Shown: positions 1 to 10,142, counted from the stretch's first letter. The stretch: DNA of 64,000 nucleotides from Clostridia bacterium (GCA_051886195.1 JBJEXW010000005.1:1360-65359), one strand, 5' to 3'. Notes: a model not told the origin generated them from the sequence alone. A program made the numbers and translations.

Positions 1-861
1 AAAGCAGTTAATCAATTTTCTTTTGATGAATATGACTCTAATTTAAGAGTTGCAATAGAAGATGGAGACAAAGGCTCAAAAATAGTAGTTTTTAATGAAA
101 AAATGAAAAAAATTGGAGAATCAAACTATGTAGGAGAAGATGAAAAAATGTATTCTTCAAGGTTTGTTGGAGAAAAAGCATATCTTGTAACATATAAAAA
201 TTTGGATCCATTATTTGTTTTTGATTTGTCAGATCCTAATAATCCAAAAGTTTTAGGAGAACTTGAAATTCCGGGATATAGTACATATTTACATCCTTAT
301 GATGAAAATCACATAATAGGAATTGGAATTCAAACTGAACAAAGAATTATAAGAGATAGTCAAGGAAATGTATTAAACACATCAACTTATGTTACTGGTA
401 TGAAAATGGCTTTATTTGATGTTAGTGATGTTAATAGTCCAAAACAAATATCCGAAGTTACAATTGGGGATAGATATACTAAATCTGCAATATTGACAAA
501 CCATAAGGCTTTACTATTTTCAAAAGAAAAAGGAATATTAGCTATTCCAGTTAATTCATATAAAGAAGAAATTGAAGATGAAAAGGCTACATCAGATAGT
601 ATGGAAAGCTTAGTTAAATCTTATAATACTACTCAAAACTATATTTCAGAAGGATATTTGGTGTATAATATAAATCTTGATGAAGGAATAAAACTAAAAG
701 GTGTCATAACTCATAATGAGGCAAATAATAACAGTGCGTATAAAACAAGTCAATTACTAAGAGGAGTATATATAAAAGATAATTTAATTACAATTTCTCA
801 ACATATGTTAAAAGTAAATAATTTAAATACTTTAGAAGAAGTAAGTAGCATAGGAATATAG
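1..861 (+). CDS. Beta-propeller domain-containing secreted protein, C-terminal part (5'-truncated by window)
   Basis: Frame is open from base 1 (KAVNQFSFDEYDSNLRVA...) through the ORF-track protein. Motifs NQFSFDEY, YSSRFVGEKAYLVTYKNLDPLFVFDLSDP and LEIPGYSTYLHPYDENHIIGIG are typical of the Beta_propel family. Confidence 0.85.
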   Translation, partial: KAVNQFSFDEYDSNLRVAIEDGDKGSKIVVFNEKMKKIGESNYVGEDEKMYSSRFVGEKAYLVTYKNLDPLFVFDLSDPNNPKVLGELEIPGYSTYLHPYDENHIIGIGIQTEQRIIRDSQGNVLNTSTYVTGMKMALFDVSDVNSPKQISEVTIGDRYTKSAILTNHKALLFSKEKGILAIPVNSYKEEIEDEKATSDSMESLVKSYNTTQNYISEGYLVYNINLDEGIKLKGVITHNEANNNSAYKTSQLLRGVYIKDNLITISQHMLKVNNLNTLEEVSSIGI

Positions 862-872
862 GAGGTTAAAAT

Positions 873-1271
873 ATGAATAAAGAAACAATGTCATATATAA
901 TGTTATTTGTAATTGCTGTTTCAGCCGCTATATTAACAAGTTCGCTATTAACTTTTGCATTAGTTATTGGTATTTTTGCTTTAGTGTTTGGAATAGTAAA
1001 AGTTATTAAATATGTTAGAGGAAAAAGAGGAGATCTTTCTCATACAAGAGATATCTTGTGTCTTATAGCATCAATTGTATCAATTTTTATTGTAGGATTT
1101 TGGTATCTTGCTTTGCCAATGGCAATAACTACTTTAGTATTATCTTTAAAAAGAATAAAAGAAAGTGGCTCAGTTTTAGCAAAAACTACAACTAGCTTTT
1201 CAATTATTGGAATTGTAAATTGTGTATTTTGGTATGTATCAGCAATTATGCTAATAATTGTTACATATTAA
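873..1271 (+). CDS. Small multi-pass membrane protein; C-terminal half DUF4190-like
   Basis: GGAGG RBS, about 4 hydrophobic segments, C-terminal half aligns by eye with the next ORF. Confidence 0.7.
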   Translation: MNKETMSYIMLFVIAVSAAILTSSLLTFALVIGIFALVFGIVKVIKYVRGKRGDLSHTRDILCLIASIVSIFIVGFWYLALPMAITTLVLSLKRIKESGSVLAKTTTSFSIIGIVNCVFWYVSAIMLIIVTY

Positions 1272-1287
1272 TTGAAGGAGGTAGAAA

Positions 1288-1545
1288 ATGAATAAACAAT
1301 TATTAAAAAGATCACCTTATGGTGTAGTATCGCTTACTCTTGGAATTATATCAATTGTAATGGCTATCTTTTGGTTTATTTCTATACCAACTTCTGTTCT
1401 TGCAATTATTTTTGGAAACAAGGGACGTAAAATATATGGCAGTAATACTTCAAAAGCAGGAATGATAACTGGTATAGTTGGAGCTGCTATTTGTGGTATA
1501 TACTTATCATTTTATCTTGTTATTTTTATTGTAAGTCATTTTTAA
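1288..1545 (+). CDS. DUF4190-like small membrane protein
   Basis: GGAGG RBS; SLTLGIISIV...LAIIFG...SKAGMITGIVG pattern typical of DUF4190. Confidence 0.7.
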   Translation: MNKQLLKRSPYGVVSLTLGIISIVMAIFWFISIPTSVLAIIFGNKGRKIYGSNTSKAGMITGIVGAAICGIYLSFYLVIFIVSHF

Positions 1546-1559
1546 TATATTTATATTAT

Positions 1560-1588
1560 TTGACAATAATATAATAGTATGTTAGAAT
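1560..1588 (+). promoter_or_regulatory. Sigma-A promoter of the mntP leader
   Basis: TTGACA (1560-1565), 17 bp spacer, TAGAAT (1583-1588). Confidence 0.8.
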
Positions 1589-1597
1589 ATTCATATA

Positions 1598-1684
1598 TTT
1601 TAAGGGAGTAGTCGGCTAAACAATTAGTACTAAAGTCAACATATTGGAAAAAATCCTGGCTTTAGTTTAAATGATGAGACTTAT
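1598..1684 (+). ncRNA. yybP-ykoY (Mn2+) riboswitch aptamer
   Basis: Conserved elements AAGGGAGTAG (about 1602), GTCAACATA (about 1635) and GAGAC (1676-1680), directly upstream of an MntP gene, the classic context. Confidence 0.85.
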
Positions 1685-1714
1685 CTGTATATTTTACAGA
1701 TGAGTCTCTTTTTT
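1676..1714 (+). terminator. Intrinsic terminator forming the riboswitch expression platform
   Basis: GAGACTTATCTGTA-loop-TACAGATGAGTCTC followed by a T run; its 5' arm is the 3' end of the aptamer. Confidence 0.8.
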
Positions 1715-1738
1715 CCGGCTTTGAAAGGAGAAAAAAAT

Positions 1739-2299
1739 ATGGGAATTTTAGAATTGATTTTTATTTCTATTGGACTTGCAATGGATGCTTTTGCAGTATC
1801 AATTTGCAAAGGGTTATCTGTAAAAAAACTAAAGGCTAAACATTATTTTATTGCAGGAGGATATTTTGGTGGATTTCAGGCAATTATGCCTCTTATAGGA
1901 TATTTACTTGGAATTAGTTTTCAAAATTTAATCGTAAGTATTGATCATTGGATTGCATTTATACTTCTTGGTATTATAGGGATTAATATGATTAAGGAAT
2001 CATTAGGAGATGACGAGAATATAAATGATTCATTTTCTTTTAAAGACATGTTGCCTCTTGCAATTGCAACAAGTATTGATGCACTAGCTATTGGAATAAC
2101 ATTTGCATTTTTAAAAGTAAATATTATTTTAGCTGTATTCTTAATTGGTACTATTACTTTTGTTTTTTCAGCATTAGGAATAAAAATTGGCTCAATATTT
2201 GGAGACAAATTTAAAAATAAAGCAGAATTAATAGGTGGAATAGTTTTAATAATTATTGGAGTAAAAATATTAATAGAACATTTAGGAATTATTGGTTAG
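1739..2299 (+). CDS. mntP: Manganese efflux pump MntP
   Basis: [15 protein letters not shown] and [12 protein letters not shown] duplicated motifs. Start moved to 1739 (AAGGAG RBS) because the track start at 1700 lies inside the terminator. Confidence 0.93.
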   Translation: MGILELIFISIGLAMDAFAVSICKGLSVKKLKAKHYFIAGGYFGGFQAIMPLIGYLLGISFQNLIVSIDHWIAFILLGIIGINMIKESLGDDENINDSFSFKDMLPLAIATSIDALAIGITFAFLKVNIILAVFLIGTITFVFSALGIKIGSIFGDKFKNKAELIGGIVLIIIGVKILIEHLGIIG

Positions 2300-2567
2300 T
2301 TTTTTTGAGAGAAAATTAAAAATATTCAAGAAAAAAAATAACAGGTTTTACTTGTTATTTTTTTTCTTTTTTTTTTTTGACAAATTAATCTTTTTTACAT
2401 TTTTTGTCTTTATAATTATTGAAATTTTTTCATAAAATATAAATGATAATTATTTGCATTTTTTATAAATTATCATACAAATTTTGTTGAAAAAAATATA
2501 GTGGTATGGTATTATAATGTATGGATATAAATATATAAAATTGTTAAATTTATGAGGAGGTTTTTTT

Positions 2568-4802
2568 ATGGAATTTAAACAATGGGAAGGCTTTAATAAA
2601 TCAGGAGAATGGACTAAAGAGATTGACGTTAGAGGATTTATTCAAAGAAACTACACACCTTATGAGGGAGATGATTCTTTTCTAGAAGGATCAACAGAAA
2701 GAACAGATAAACTTTGGAATGAAGTTTTAAAACTTTATGAGGAAGAAAGAAAAAAAGGAGTATTAGATGTTGATACAAAAACTCCTTCTGCTGTTAACGC
2801 ATACGAAGCAGGTTATATAGACAAAGAGTTAGAACAAATTGTTGGACTTCAAACAGATGCTCCACTTAAAAGGGCAATTATGCCAAATGGTGGAATCAAG
2901 ATTGTTGAAAAGTCTTGTACTGCATATGGGTATGAAGTAGACAAAGAAACAGATTATATATATAATAACTTAAGAAAAACACATAATGATGGAGTATTTA
3001 GTGTGTATACACCAGATATAAGAGCTGCTAGAAGTTCACATTTAATCACAGGACTTCCAGATGGATATGGTCGTGGAAGAATAATTGGAGATTATAGAAG
3101 AGTAGCCCTATATGGTGTAGATGCATTAATCGAAGCAAAAAAAATAGATTTAGATGTATTAAACACAGATGAATTCACAGAAGAAATAATAAGAGAACGT
3201 GAAGAAATCAGTGAGCAAATAAAAGCACTTAACGATTTAAAGGCTATGGCATTAAGATATGGATATGATATATCTGTACCTGCCTCAAATGCTAAAGAAG
3301 CTATTCAATGGTTATATTTTGCATATTTAGCAGCAACTAAAGATCAAAATGGTGCTGCAATGAGTATTGGTAGAACATCAACATTTTTAGATATATATAT
3401 ACAAAGAGATTTAGAAAATGGTACTTTAACAGAAAAAGAAGCACAAGAATTAATGGATCATTTTGTAATGAAATTAAGAATGATAAGATTTTTACGTACA
3501 CCAGAATATAACGAATTGTTTAGTGGTGATCCTGTATGGGTAACAGAAAGTATCGGTGGAATGGGAATAGATGGTAGAACTTTGGTTACTAAGAACTCAT
3601 TTAGAGTATTACATACATTAATTAACTTAGGACCTGCACCAGAACCAAATTTAACTGTGCTTTGGTCAGAAAATTTACCACAAGGATTTAAAGACTACGC
3701 AGCAAAAATTTCAATAAAAACTTCTTCAATACAATATGAAAATGATGACTTAATGAGAATTACTCTAGGTGATGATTATGGTATTGCATGTTGTGTATCT
3801 GCAATGCAAATTGGTAAACAAATGCAATTCTTTGGAGCTAGAGCAAATCTTGCTAAAACTCTACTTTATGCAATAAATGGAGGTAGAGATGAAAAAACTG
3901 GTAAACAAATAACTCCTAAATTTGAAGCGATAACTTCAGAATACTTAGATTACAATGAAGTTATGGAAAAATTTGATCAAATGATGGATTATGTTGCTAA
4001 AATATATATTAAAGCTTTAAATGCAATACATTATATGCATGATAAATATTCATATGAAGCTTTAGAAATGGCATTACATGATAGAAATATATTAAGAACT
4101 ATGGCATGTGGTATTGCAGGACTTTCTGTTGTTGCAGATTCTCTTTCAGCAATAAAATATGCAAAAGTTAAAGTTATTAGAGATGAAACAGGTCTTGCAG
4201 TAGATTATGAAGTAGAAGGAGAATTTCCAAAGTATGGAAATGATGACGATAGAGTAGATAATATAGCTGTAGAGCTTGTTAAAACTTTCTTAAGAAAATT
4301 ACAAAGACATATTACTTATAGAGGGGCAAAACACACTTTATCTGTGTTAACAATTACATCAAATGTTGTATATGGTAAAGCAACAGGTAATACTCCTGAT
4401 GGCAGAAGAGCAGGAGAGCCATTTGGACCTGGAGCAAATCCTTTACATGGAAGAGATACAAATGGAGCAGTTGCTGCATTAAATTCTGTAGCTAAACTTC
4501 CATATGAATATTCAGAAGACGGAATCTCTTATACATTTGCAATTACTCCATCAACATTAGGAAATGAGCAAGAAACACAAATTAAAAATCTTGTAAATTT
4601 ATTAGATGGATACTTTAAACAAACAGGACATCATTTAAATGTAAATGTTTTTGACAGAGCTCTTTTAGAAGATGCTATGGAACATCCAGAAAAATATCCA
4701 CAACTTACAATTCGTGTATCTGGATATGCAGTAAACTTTGTAAAATTAACTAGAGAACAACAACTAGATGTAATAAACAGAACAATACAAGAGAAGTTTT
4801 AA
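2568..4802 (+). CDS. pflB: Pyruvate formate-lyase (formate C-acetyltransferase)
   Basis: GIACCVS catalytic Cys pair, C-terminal glycyl-radical motif RVSGYAV, 744 aa. Confidence 0.98.
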   Translation: MEFKQWEGFNKSGEWTKEIDVRGFIQRNYTPYEGDDSFLEGSTERTDKLWNEVLKLYEEERKKGVLDVDTKTPSAVNAYEAGYIDKELEQIVGLQTDAPLKRAIMPNGGIKIVEKSCTAYGYEVDKETDYIYNNLRKTHNDGVFSVYTPDIRAARSSHLITGLPDGYGRGRIIGDYRRVALYGVDALIEAKKIDLDVLNTDEFTEEIIREREEISEQIKALNDLKAMALRYGYDISVPASNAKEAIQWLYFAYLAATKDQNGAAMSIGRTSTFLDIYIQRDLENGTLTEKEAQELMDHFVMKLRMIRFLRTPEYNELFSGDPVWVTESIGGMGIDGRTLVTKNSFRVLHTLINLGPAPEPNLTVLWSENLPQGFKDYAAKISIKTSSIQYENDDLMRITLGDDYGIACCVSAMQIGKQMQFFGARANLAKTLLYAINGGRDEKTGKQITPKFEAITSEYLDYNEVMEKFDQMMDYVAKIYIKALNAIHYMHDKYSYEALEMALHDRNILRTMACGIAGLSVVADSLSAIKYAKVKVIRDETGLAVDYEVEGEFPKYGNDDDRVDNIAVELVKTFLRKLQRHITYRGAKHTLSVLTITSNVVYGKATGNTPDGRRAGEPFGPGANPLHGRDTNGAVAALNSVAKLPYEYSEDGISYTFAITPSTLGNEQETQIKNLVNLLDGYFKQTGHHLNVNVFDRALLEDAMEHPEKYPQLTIRVSGYAVNFVKLTREQQLDVINRTIQEKF

Positions 4803-4826
4803 TAAAATATATAAATAATTAATTAG

Positions 4827-4861
4827 ATATGACACTAGAGCTTCGATTTCTAGTGTCATAT
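4827..4861 (+). terminator. Intergenic hairpin between pflB and pflA
   Basis: TATGACACTAGA / TCTAGTGTCATA perfect stem with a short T-rich tail. Confidence 0.6.
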
Positions 4862-4877
4862 TTATTAGGAGGAAAAA

Positions 4878-5588
4878 ATGAAAGGACGAATACATTCTTT
4901 TGAGTCATTAGGAGCTGTTGATGGACCAGGAATTAGATTTGTTATATTTATGCAAGGCTGTTCACTTAGATGTAAATACTGCCAAAATCGTGATACATGG
5001 GATATACATGGTGGAACAGAATATGAATGTGATGAGATATTTGAAAAGATATTAAGATATAAAAGTTATATTGCTCCTGATGGAGGAGTTACAATTAGTG
5101 GTGGTGAACCATTACTTCAAGCTTCTTTCTTAATAGAATTATTTAATAAATTAAAAAAAGAAGGAATACATACTTGTATTGATACATCAGGAAATGTAGC
5201 ACTTACTGAGGAAATAAAGAGGCTAATAGACTTGACAGATTTGTTTTTATTAGATATAAAATGTATAAACGATAAAGTATGTAAAGAATTAACTGGTGTA
5301 TCTAATAAAAAAGAATTAGAATTTGCCAGATATTTAAGTGATAATAATAAAAAAATGTGGATTAGACAAGTTCTAGTACCTGCAATTACAGATGATGAAA
5401 AAGATTTAAAAGATTTATCTGAATTTATTAAATCACTAAATGGTGTTGAAAAAATAGAAATATTGAAGTATCATGATTTGGGAAGATTTAAATGGGAGAA
5501 TTTAAAGTTAAAATATCCACTTGAAAACTATAGAACTGCAAATGAAACAGATGTAAAAAGAGCAAAAGAAATAATGCAAATAAATTAA
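4878..5588 (+). CDS. pflA: Pyruvate formate-lyase activating enzyme (radical SAM)
   Basis: GRIHSFESLGAVDGPGIRF, CSLRCKYC, SGGEP; adjacent to pflB. Confidence 0.97.
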   Translation: MKGRIHSFESLGAVDGPGIRFVIFMQGCSLRCKYCQNRDTWDIHGGTEYECDEIFEKILRYKSYIAPDGGVTISGGEPLLQASFLIELFNKLKKEGIHTCIDTSGNVALTEEIKRLIDLTDLFLLDIKCINDKVCKELTGVSNKKELEFARYLSDNNKKMWIRQVLVPAITDDEKDLKDLSEFIKSLNGVEKIEILKYHDLGRFKWENLKLKYPLENYRTANETDVKRAKEIMQIN

Positions 5589-5617
5589 GAATATAAATTT
5601 AATAGGAGGTAGTTATT

Positions 5618-6982
5618 TTGAGAAAATATTTTGGAACAGATGGAATAAGAAGAATTGCAAATACTGAACTTACACCAGAATTAGTATATAAAGTTGCAAA
5701 GGCAGGAGCATATGTATTATCTAAGCATACAGATCATACTCCTACAATTTTTATTGGAAGAGATACAAGAATTTCTGGTACATTAATTGAAAGTGCTATG
5801 ATTGCAGGATTTTTAAGCTATGGAGCAAACGTAAAAACACTTGGAGTTATGCCTACTCCTGCAGTAGCATATTTAACTCGTAAATTTAAAGCAGATGCCT
5901 CAGTTGTTATTTCAGCATCACACAACACTTACGAATTTAATGGTGTAAAATATTTTAGTAATAAAGGAATGAAAATTCCAGATAGCTTAGAAGAGGAAAT
6001 TGAAGAAGTAATGGATTCTGGAAAAATAGAAGAATTAACAGCAATTAATGATAAAATAGGAGTAAGTGAAAATAGGGAGGACTTACTTGAAGAATATGTT
6101 TTCTTCTTCAGAAAAATATTTGAAGATAAATTATTAGATATCTTAGATGATAATTTTAAAGTTTTAATTGATACAGCAAATGGTGCAACTAGCGTTGTTG
6201 CTCCTAAGGTATTTAAAGCATTAGGAATAAAATATGATGTAATAAACAATACTCCAGATGGAATAAATATAAATAGAGGATGTGGCTCTACACATATTGA
6301 AAATTTGGCAAAGATAGTTGTAGAAAAAGGATACAGTTTAGGGATAGCATATGATGGTGATGGAGATAGATGTCTTTGTGTAGATGAAAATGGAAATATA
6401 ATGGATGGAGACATTATTCTTGCTATTATTTCAGATTATTTGAAAAAAGAAGGAAAATTAAAAAAAGACACTTTAGTTGCTACAGTTATGAGTAATTTAG
6501 GACTAAAAAAATATTGTAAAGAAAACAATTTACAATTTATTCAAACTAATGTAGGAGATAGATATGTTCTAGAAAATATGCTAGAAAATGGATATAATCT
6601 TGGTGGTGAGCAATCTGGTCACATTATATTCTTAGATTATAATCCAACAGGAGATGGAATACTAACATCTTTAATGCTTGTAGAGATATTGTTAAAGTCT
6701 AAGAAAAAAGCAAGTGAGCTTGCTTCAAAGATTACCATATATCCACAAGTTTTAATAAATGCAAAAGTTCCTGCAGATAAAAAGTATGCGTATAAAGAGG
6801 ATCCAGTAATAAAAGAAGCAATTGAAAAAATTGAAGAAGAATTTTCTGGAAATGGTAGAGTTTTAATTAGACCTTCAGGAACAGAACCTTTAGTACGTGT
6901 TATGATAGAGGGAGAAAATCAAGAAGTATTAAATACTAAAGCTCGTGAGCTGGCAGATTTAATTGAAGAAAGATTAAAATAA
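5618..6982 (+). CDS. glmM: Phosphoglucosamine mutase
   Basis: TTG start; RKYFGTDG, ISASHN phosphoserine loop, DGDGDR, GGEQSGH, RPSGTEP. Confidence 0.96.
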   Translation: MRKYFGTDGIRRIANTELTPELVYKVAKAGAYVLSKHTDHTPTIFIGRDTRISGTLIESAMIAGFLSYGANVKTLGVMPTPAVAYLTRKFKADASVVISASHNTYEFNGVKYFSNKGMKIPDSLEEEIEEVMDSGKIEELTAINDKIGVSENREDLLEEYVFFFRKIFEDKLLDILDDNFKVLIDTANGATSVVAPKVFKALGIKYDVINNTPDGININRGCGSTHIENLAKIVVEKGYSLGIAYDGDGDRCLCVDENGNIMDGDIILAIISDYLKKEGKLKKDTLVATVMSNLGLKKYCKENNLQFIQTNVGDRYVLENMLENGYNLGGEQSGHIIFLDYNPTGDGILTSLMLVEILLKSKKKASELASKITIYPQVLINAKVPADKKYAYKEDPVIKEAIEKIEEEFSGNGRVLIRPSGTEPLVRVMIEGENQEVLNTKARELADLIEERLK

Positions 6983-6993
6983 TAATGACATTA

Positions 6994-7029
6994 TATAAAA
7001 GAGAGAAATTTTAAATTCTCTCTTTTATA
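6994..7029. terminator. Intrinsic terminator after glmM
   Basis: TATAAAAGAGAGAA / TTCTCTCTTTTATA inverted repeat. Confidence 0.75.
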
Positions 7030-7058
7030 ATATTTTGTTCTAAATAAGTATTTTTTTT

Positions 7059-7109
7059 GCAAATTATTTGCAAATTTTAATTGTAAATGATGTCGATTTA
7101 TGGTATAAT
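7059..7109 (+). promoter_or_regulatory. mgtE promoter with upstream palindromic operator-like motif
   Basis: GCAAATTATTTGC palindrome (7059-7071), TTGTAA (7081-7086), 17 bp, TATAAT (7104-7109). Confidence 0.65.
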
Positions 7110-7141
7110 AAACATGTAGTTTAATAAACTATAAATTATAT

Positions 7142-7169
7142 AAAGACTATTAAAAGATAGTCTTTTTTT
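7142..7169 (+). terminator. Terminator-like hairpin within the mgtE 5' leader
   Basis: AAAGACTAT-taaaag-ATAGTCTTT followed by further Ts, between promoter and start codon. Confidence 0.6.
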
Positions 7170-7210
7170 AATACTGTAAAAAGATTTTAGAAAGTGAGGG
7201 GATTAGTATT

Positions 7211-8560
7211 ATGTTAGAGAAAAATTTTGAAGTAGAAGAAGTTCTAAATTTATTAGAGCAAAAGAAGTTTAATGAATTAAAAAAATACTTAGAAAGGATA
7301 AATGGTGCTGATTTCCCGAGTATTTTTGAAGCCGTTGATGATAAAGATATGATAATTATTTTTAGACTTTTAAATAAGGAAGAAGCAGCGGAAATTTTTG
7401 CAGAATTAGATTCAGATTTACAAGAAAAATTAATTAATTCTTTTTCTGATGCAGAATTAAAATACGTAGTAGATAATTTATTTATGGATGATACAGTTGA
7501 TATGATTGAAGAAATGCCATCAAATGTTGTAAAACGTATTTTGAAAAATGTAAATGAAAAGGATAGAAAAATAATAAATGAGATTTTAAACTATCCAGAT
7601 GACTGTGCTGGAAGCATTATGACAACAGAATTTGTAGACTTAAAAGAGAATATGACTGTTGAGGAAGCATTTGCAAAAATAAAAAAAATAGGATTAAAGA
7701 AAGAAACAGTATATAATTGTTATGTATTAGATCAAAATAGAAAATTATCTGGTGTAATAGATATTAAAGATTTACTAGTAGCAGATAGAAATGAAAAAAT
7801 TGAAGATTTAATGGATGATAATATAATAACTGTAACAACTTTGGATGATAAAGAAGATGTTGCTAAAATTTTTGATAAATATGATTATGTAGCATTACCT
7901 GTAGTAGATAAAGAACACAGATTAGTAGGTATTGTAACAGTAGATGATGCTATTGATGTAATGAAGGAAGAGGCATCTGAAGACTTTGAAAAAATGGCAG
8001 CTATATCTCCAAACGAAGATGGATATTATAAGACATCAGTTATAAATCATGCTAAGAATAGAATTGTTTGGTTATTATTTTTAATGTTTTCATCAATAGT
8101 TACAGGAGCTGTTATAACTCATTACGAACAAGCTTTTGCAGCACTTCCAATACTTGTTTCATTTATACCAATGATAATGGGTACAGGAGGAAATTGTGGT
8201 TCACAATCTTCGACTCTTGTTATTAGAGGATTAGCTGTTGATGAAATTAAGCCAAAAGATTTTTTAAAAGTTTGGTGGAAAGAAATAAGAGTAGCTATGA
8301 TTGTTGGGATTATAATGGCAATAGTAAATTGTATTAGGATACTTATTCAATATCATGATTTACAGCTTGGAATAGTTGTTGGTTTAACCTTAGTTATTAC
8401 CATAGGTATAGCTAAGTCTCTTGGTTGTTTATTACCTTTAATTTGTAAAAAATTAAAATTAGATCCAGCAATTATGGCTGCACCTTTAATTTCTACAATT
8501 TTAGATACATGCTCATGTCTTGTATTTTTCAATGTAGCAGTAATGATAATGGGATTATAA
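7211..8560 (+). CDS. mgtE: Magnesium transporter MgtE
   Basis: N-terminal MgtE domain, CBS pair (AGSIMTTEF, LVGIVTVDD), transmembrane motifs GTGGNCGSQS and DPAIMAAPLISTILD. Confidence 0.96.
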   Translation: MLEKNFEVEEVLNLLEQKKFNELKKYLERINGADFPSIFEAVDDKDMIIIFRLLNKEEAAEIFAELDSDLQEKLINSFSDAELKYVVDNLFMDDTVDMIEEMPSNVVKRILKNVNEKDRKIINEILNYPDDCAGSIMTTEFVDLKENMTVEEAFAKIKKIGLKKETVYNCYVLDQNRKLSGVIDIKDLLVADRNEKIEDLMDDNIITVTTLDDKEDVAKIFDKYDYVALPVVDKEHRLVGIVTVDDAIDVMKEEASEDFEKMAAISPNEDGYYKTSVINHAKNRIVWLLFLMFSSIVTGAVITHYEQAFAALPILVSFIPMIMGTGGNCGSQSSTLVIRGLAVDEIKPKDFLKVWWKEIRVAMIVGIIMAIVNCIRILIQYHDLQLGIVVGLTLVITIGIAKSLGCLLPLICKKLKLDPAIMAAPLISTILDTCSCLVFFNVAVMIMGL

Positions 8561-8701
8561 TAAATAAAATCACATAGCTAAAGAATATAGTTATGTGATT
8601 TTTACTATGAAAATGAAATTTATATAATATATAGATTTTAATTTGTTATATTATATAGTTTATGTTATAATAATTTATATTAAAAAAGGGGAAATCAAAT
8701 A

Positions 8702-9913
8702 ATGAATAAAAAAAATCTGAAAATGAAATCAGTTTCAAGTGAATATATGGATCAGTATAATGCACTATTAAGATATGTATTTCAAGTTACAGATCAAGAA
8801 CTTAATTCTATAGGTTGGGAAGAAAAAGAGATAATAAGAGCTAAATTTCCAACGATGCAAAAAGCTGATGTAATAGGCTGGTTTGATAAAGATACTCTTG
8901 TATCACAAGTTGCTGTTTATCCAATGAAAGTTAGGATTTTTAATAAAACATATGATATGGGTGGTCTTACAGGAGTTGGAACTTATCCTGAATATTCAAA
9001 TCAGGGACTAATGCATAAATTGCTTGAAACAGCATTAAAAAAAATGAAGGAAAGGGGACAATATATAACATATCTTTTTCCATACTCTATACCATATTAT
9101 AGAAGAAAAGGTTGGGAAATAATATCAGATAAAATATCTTATGAAATAGATGATTATCAATTACCAAAAAATCGTCAAGTTTCAGGAGATGTTAGACGTG
9201 TAAAATATGATAGTGATGAGATAAAAGAAACATATAATAAATTTGCAATGCATACACATGGAGCAATATTAAGAGATGAACTTGCATGGAATGAGTATTG
9301 GCTATGGGACACAGATGATATTATGGCTGCAATTTATTATAATGAAAATCAAGAAGCTGATGGATATATTATCTATTGGTTGGCAGATGATGTATTTCAT
9401 ATAAAGGATATGATTTTTAATACAGAAGATGCAAGAACTGGACTTTGGAACTTTGTATCAGCACACTTTTCAATGATAGATAAAGTAGTAGGAGATACAT
9501 ATACAGATGAGCCTTTAGCATTTCTTTTAGAAGATGCAAGTATTAAAGAGACTATTTCTCCATATTATATGGCAAGAATTGTAGATTTTCAGGAATTTAT
9601 TGCAAGATATCCATTTAGAAAGAGCAATATAGAAAAAAGAGAATGGAAGTTTACTTTATCTGATCCAATAATGGAAGAAAACCAAGGAACGTTCATTTTA
9701 ACAATAGATAAAGATGGAAAGGCAATTGCAAATAAAGTATCTGGTAAGAGCGATGATACAATAAGTATCCAAACAATGACAACTCTACTTATGGGATATA
9801 AAAGACCTGAATATTTAGCAAAGATTGGAAGAATAAAAGCAGATAAGAAAACAATTGAAATGCTAGAAGATTCAATTGGGCAAGATATACCTTATGTGTC
9901 AGATTATTTCTAG
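8702..9913 (+). CDS. Eis-like GNAT acetyltransferase
   Basis: GVGTYPEYSNQGLM acetyl-CoA motif, LFPYSIPYYRRKGWE, 403 aa with an SCP2-like C-terminus. Confidence 0.85.
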   Translation: MNKKNLKMKSVSSEYMDQYNALLRYVFQVTDQELNSIGWEEKEIIRAKFPTMQKADVIGWFDKDTLVSQVAVYPMKVRIFNKTYDMGGLTGVGTYPEYSNQGLMHKLLETALKKMKERGQYITYLFPYSIPYYRRKGWEIISDKISYEIDDYQLPKNRQVSGDVRRVKYDSDEIKETYNKFAMHTHGAILRDELAWNEYWLWDTDDIMAAIYYNENQEADGYIIYWLADDVFHIKDMIFNTEDARTGLWNFVSAHFSMIDKVVGDTYTDEPLAFLLEDASIKETISPYYMARIVDFQEFIARYPFRKSNIEKREWKFTLSDPIMEENQGTFILTIDKDGKAIANKVSGKSDDTISIQTMTTLLMGYKRPEYLAKIGRIKADKKTIEMLEDSIGQDIPYVSDYF

Positions 9914-10045
9914 AAAAAAGGTGGTAACAATTAATTGATATATTGAAAATTATAATATCAATTGATTGTTGCTTTTTTATTTTAATTATTATGTAACTAA
10001 TTGAAAAAACTATGATACAAACTTATGTAATCTTACGGTAAAAAC

Positions 10046-10117
10046 GCAAATAAATTGCGTAAAAAAAGCAAATAATTTGCAAATTTTATAGACAAAATTA
10101 TAATACTAGAGTATAAT
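10046..10117 (+). promoter_or_regulatory. Promoter of the radical SAM-aminotransferase operon with two palindromic sites
   Basis: GCAAATAAATTGC (10046-10058), GCAAATAATTTGC (10068-10080), TAGACA (10089-10094), 17 bp, TATAAT (10112-10117). Confidence 0.65.
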
Positions 10118-10142
10118 TCCCATAAAAAGGGAGAGATGCAAA

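Noticed and set aside
2300-2480. Long A and T runs upstream of pflB as a repeat element or Rex operator
   Set aside because: Low-complexity AT tracts; no convincing TTGTGAA-N4-TTCACAA match.
7110-7210. M-box (ykoK) riboswitch ahead of mgtE
   Set aside because: The leader is too short and I recognise none of the M-box conserved sequence. Reported instead as an unexplained attenuator.
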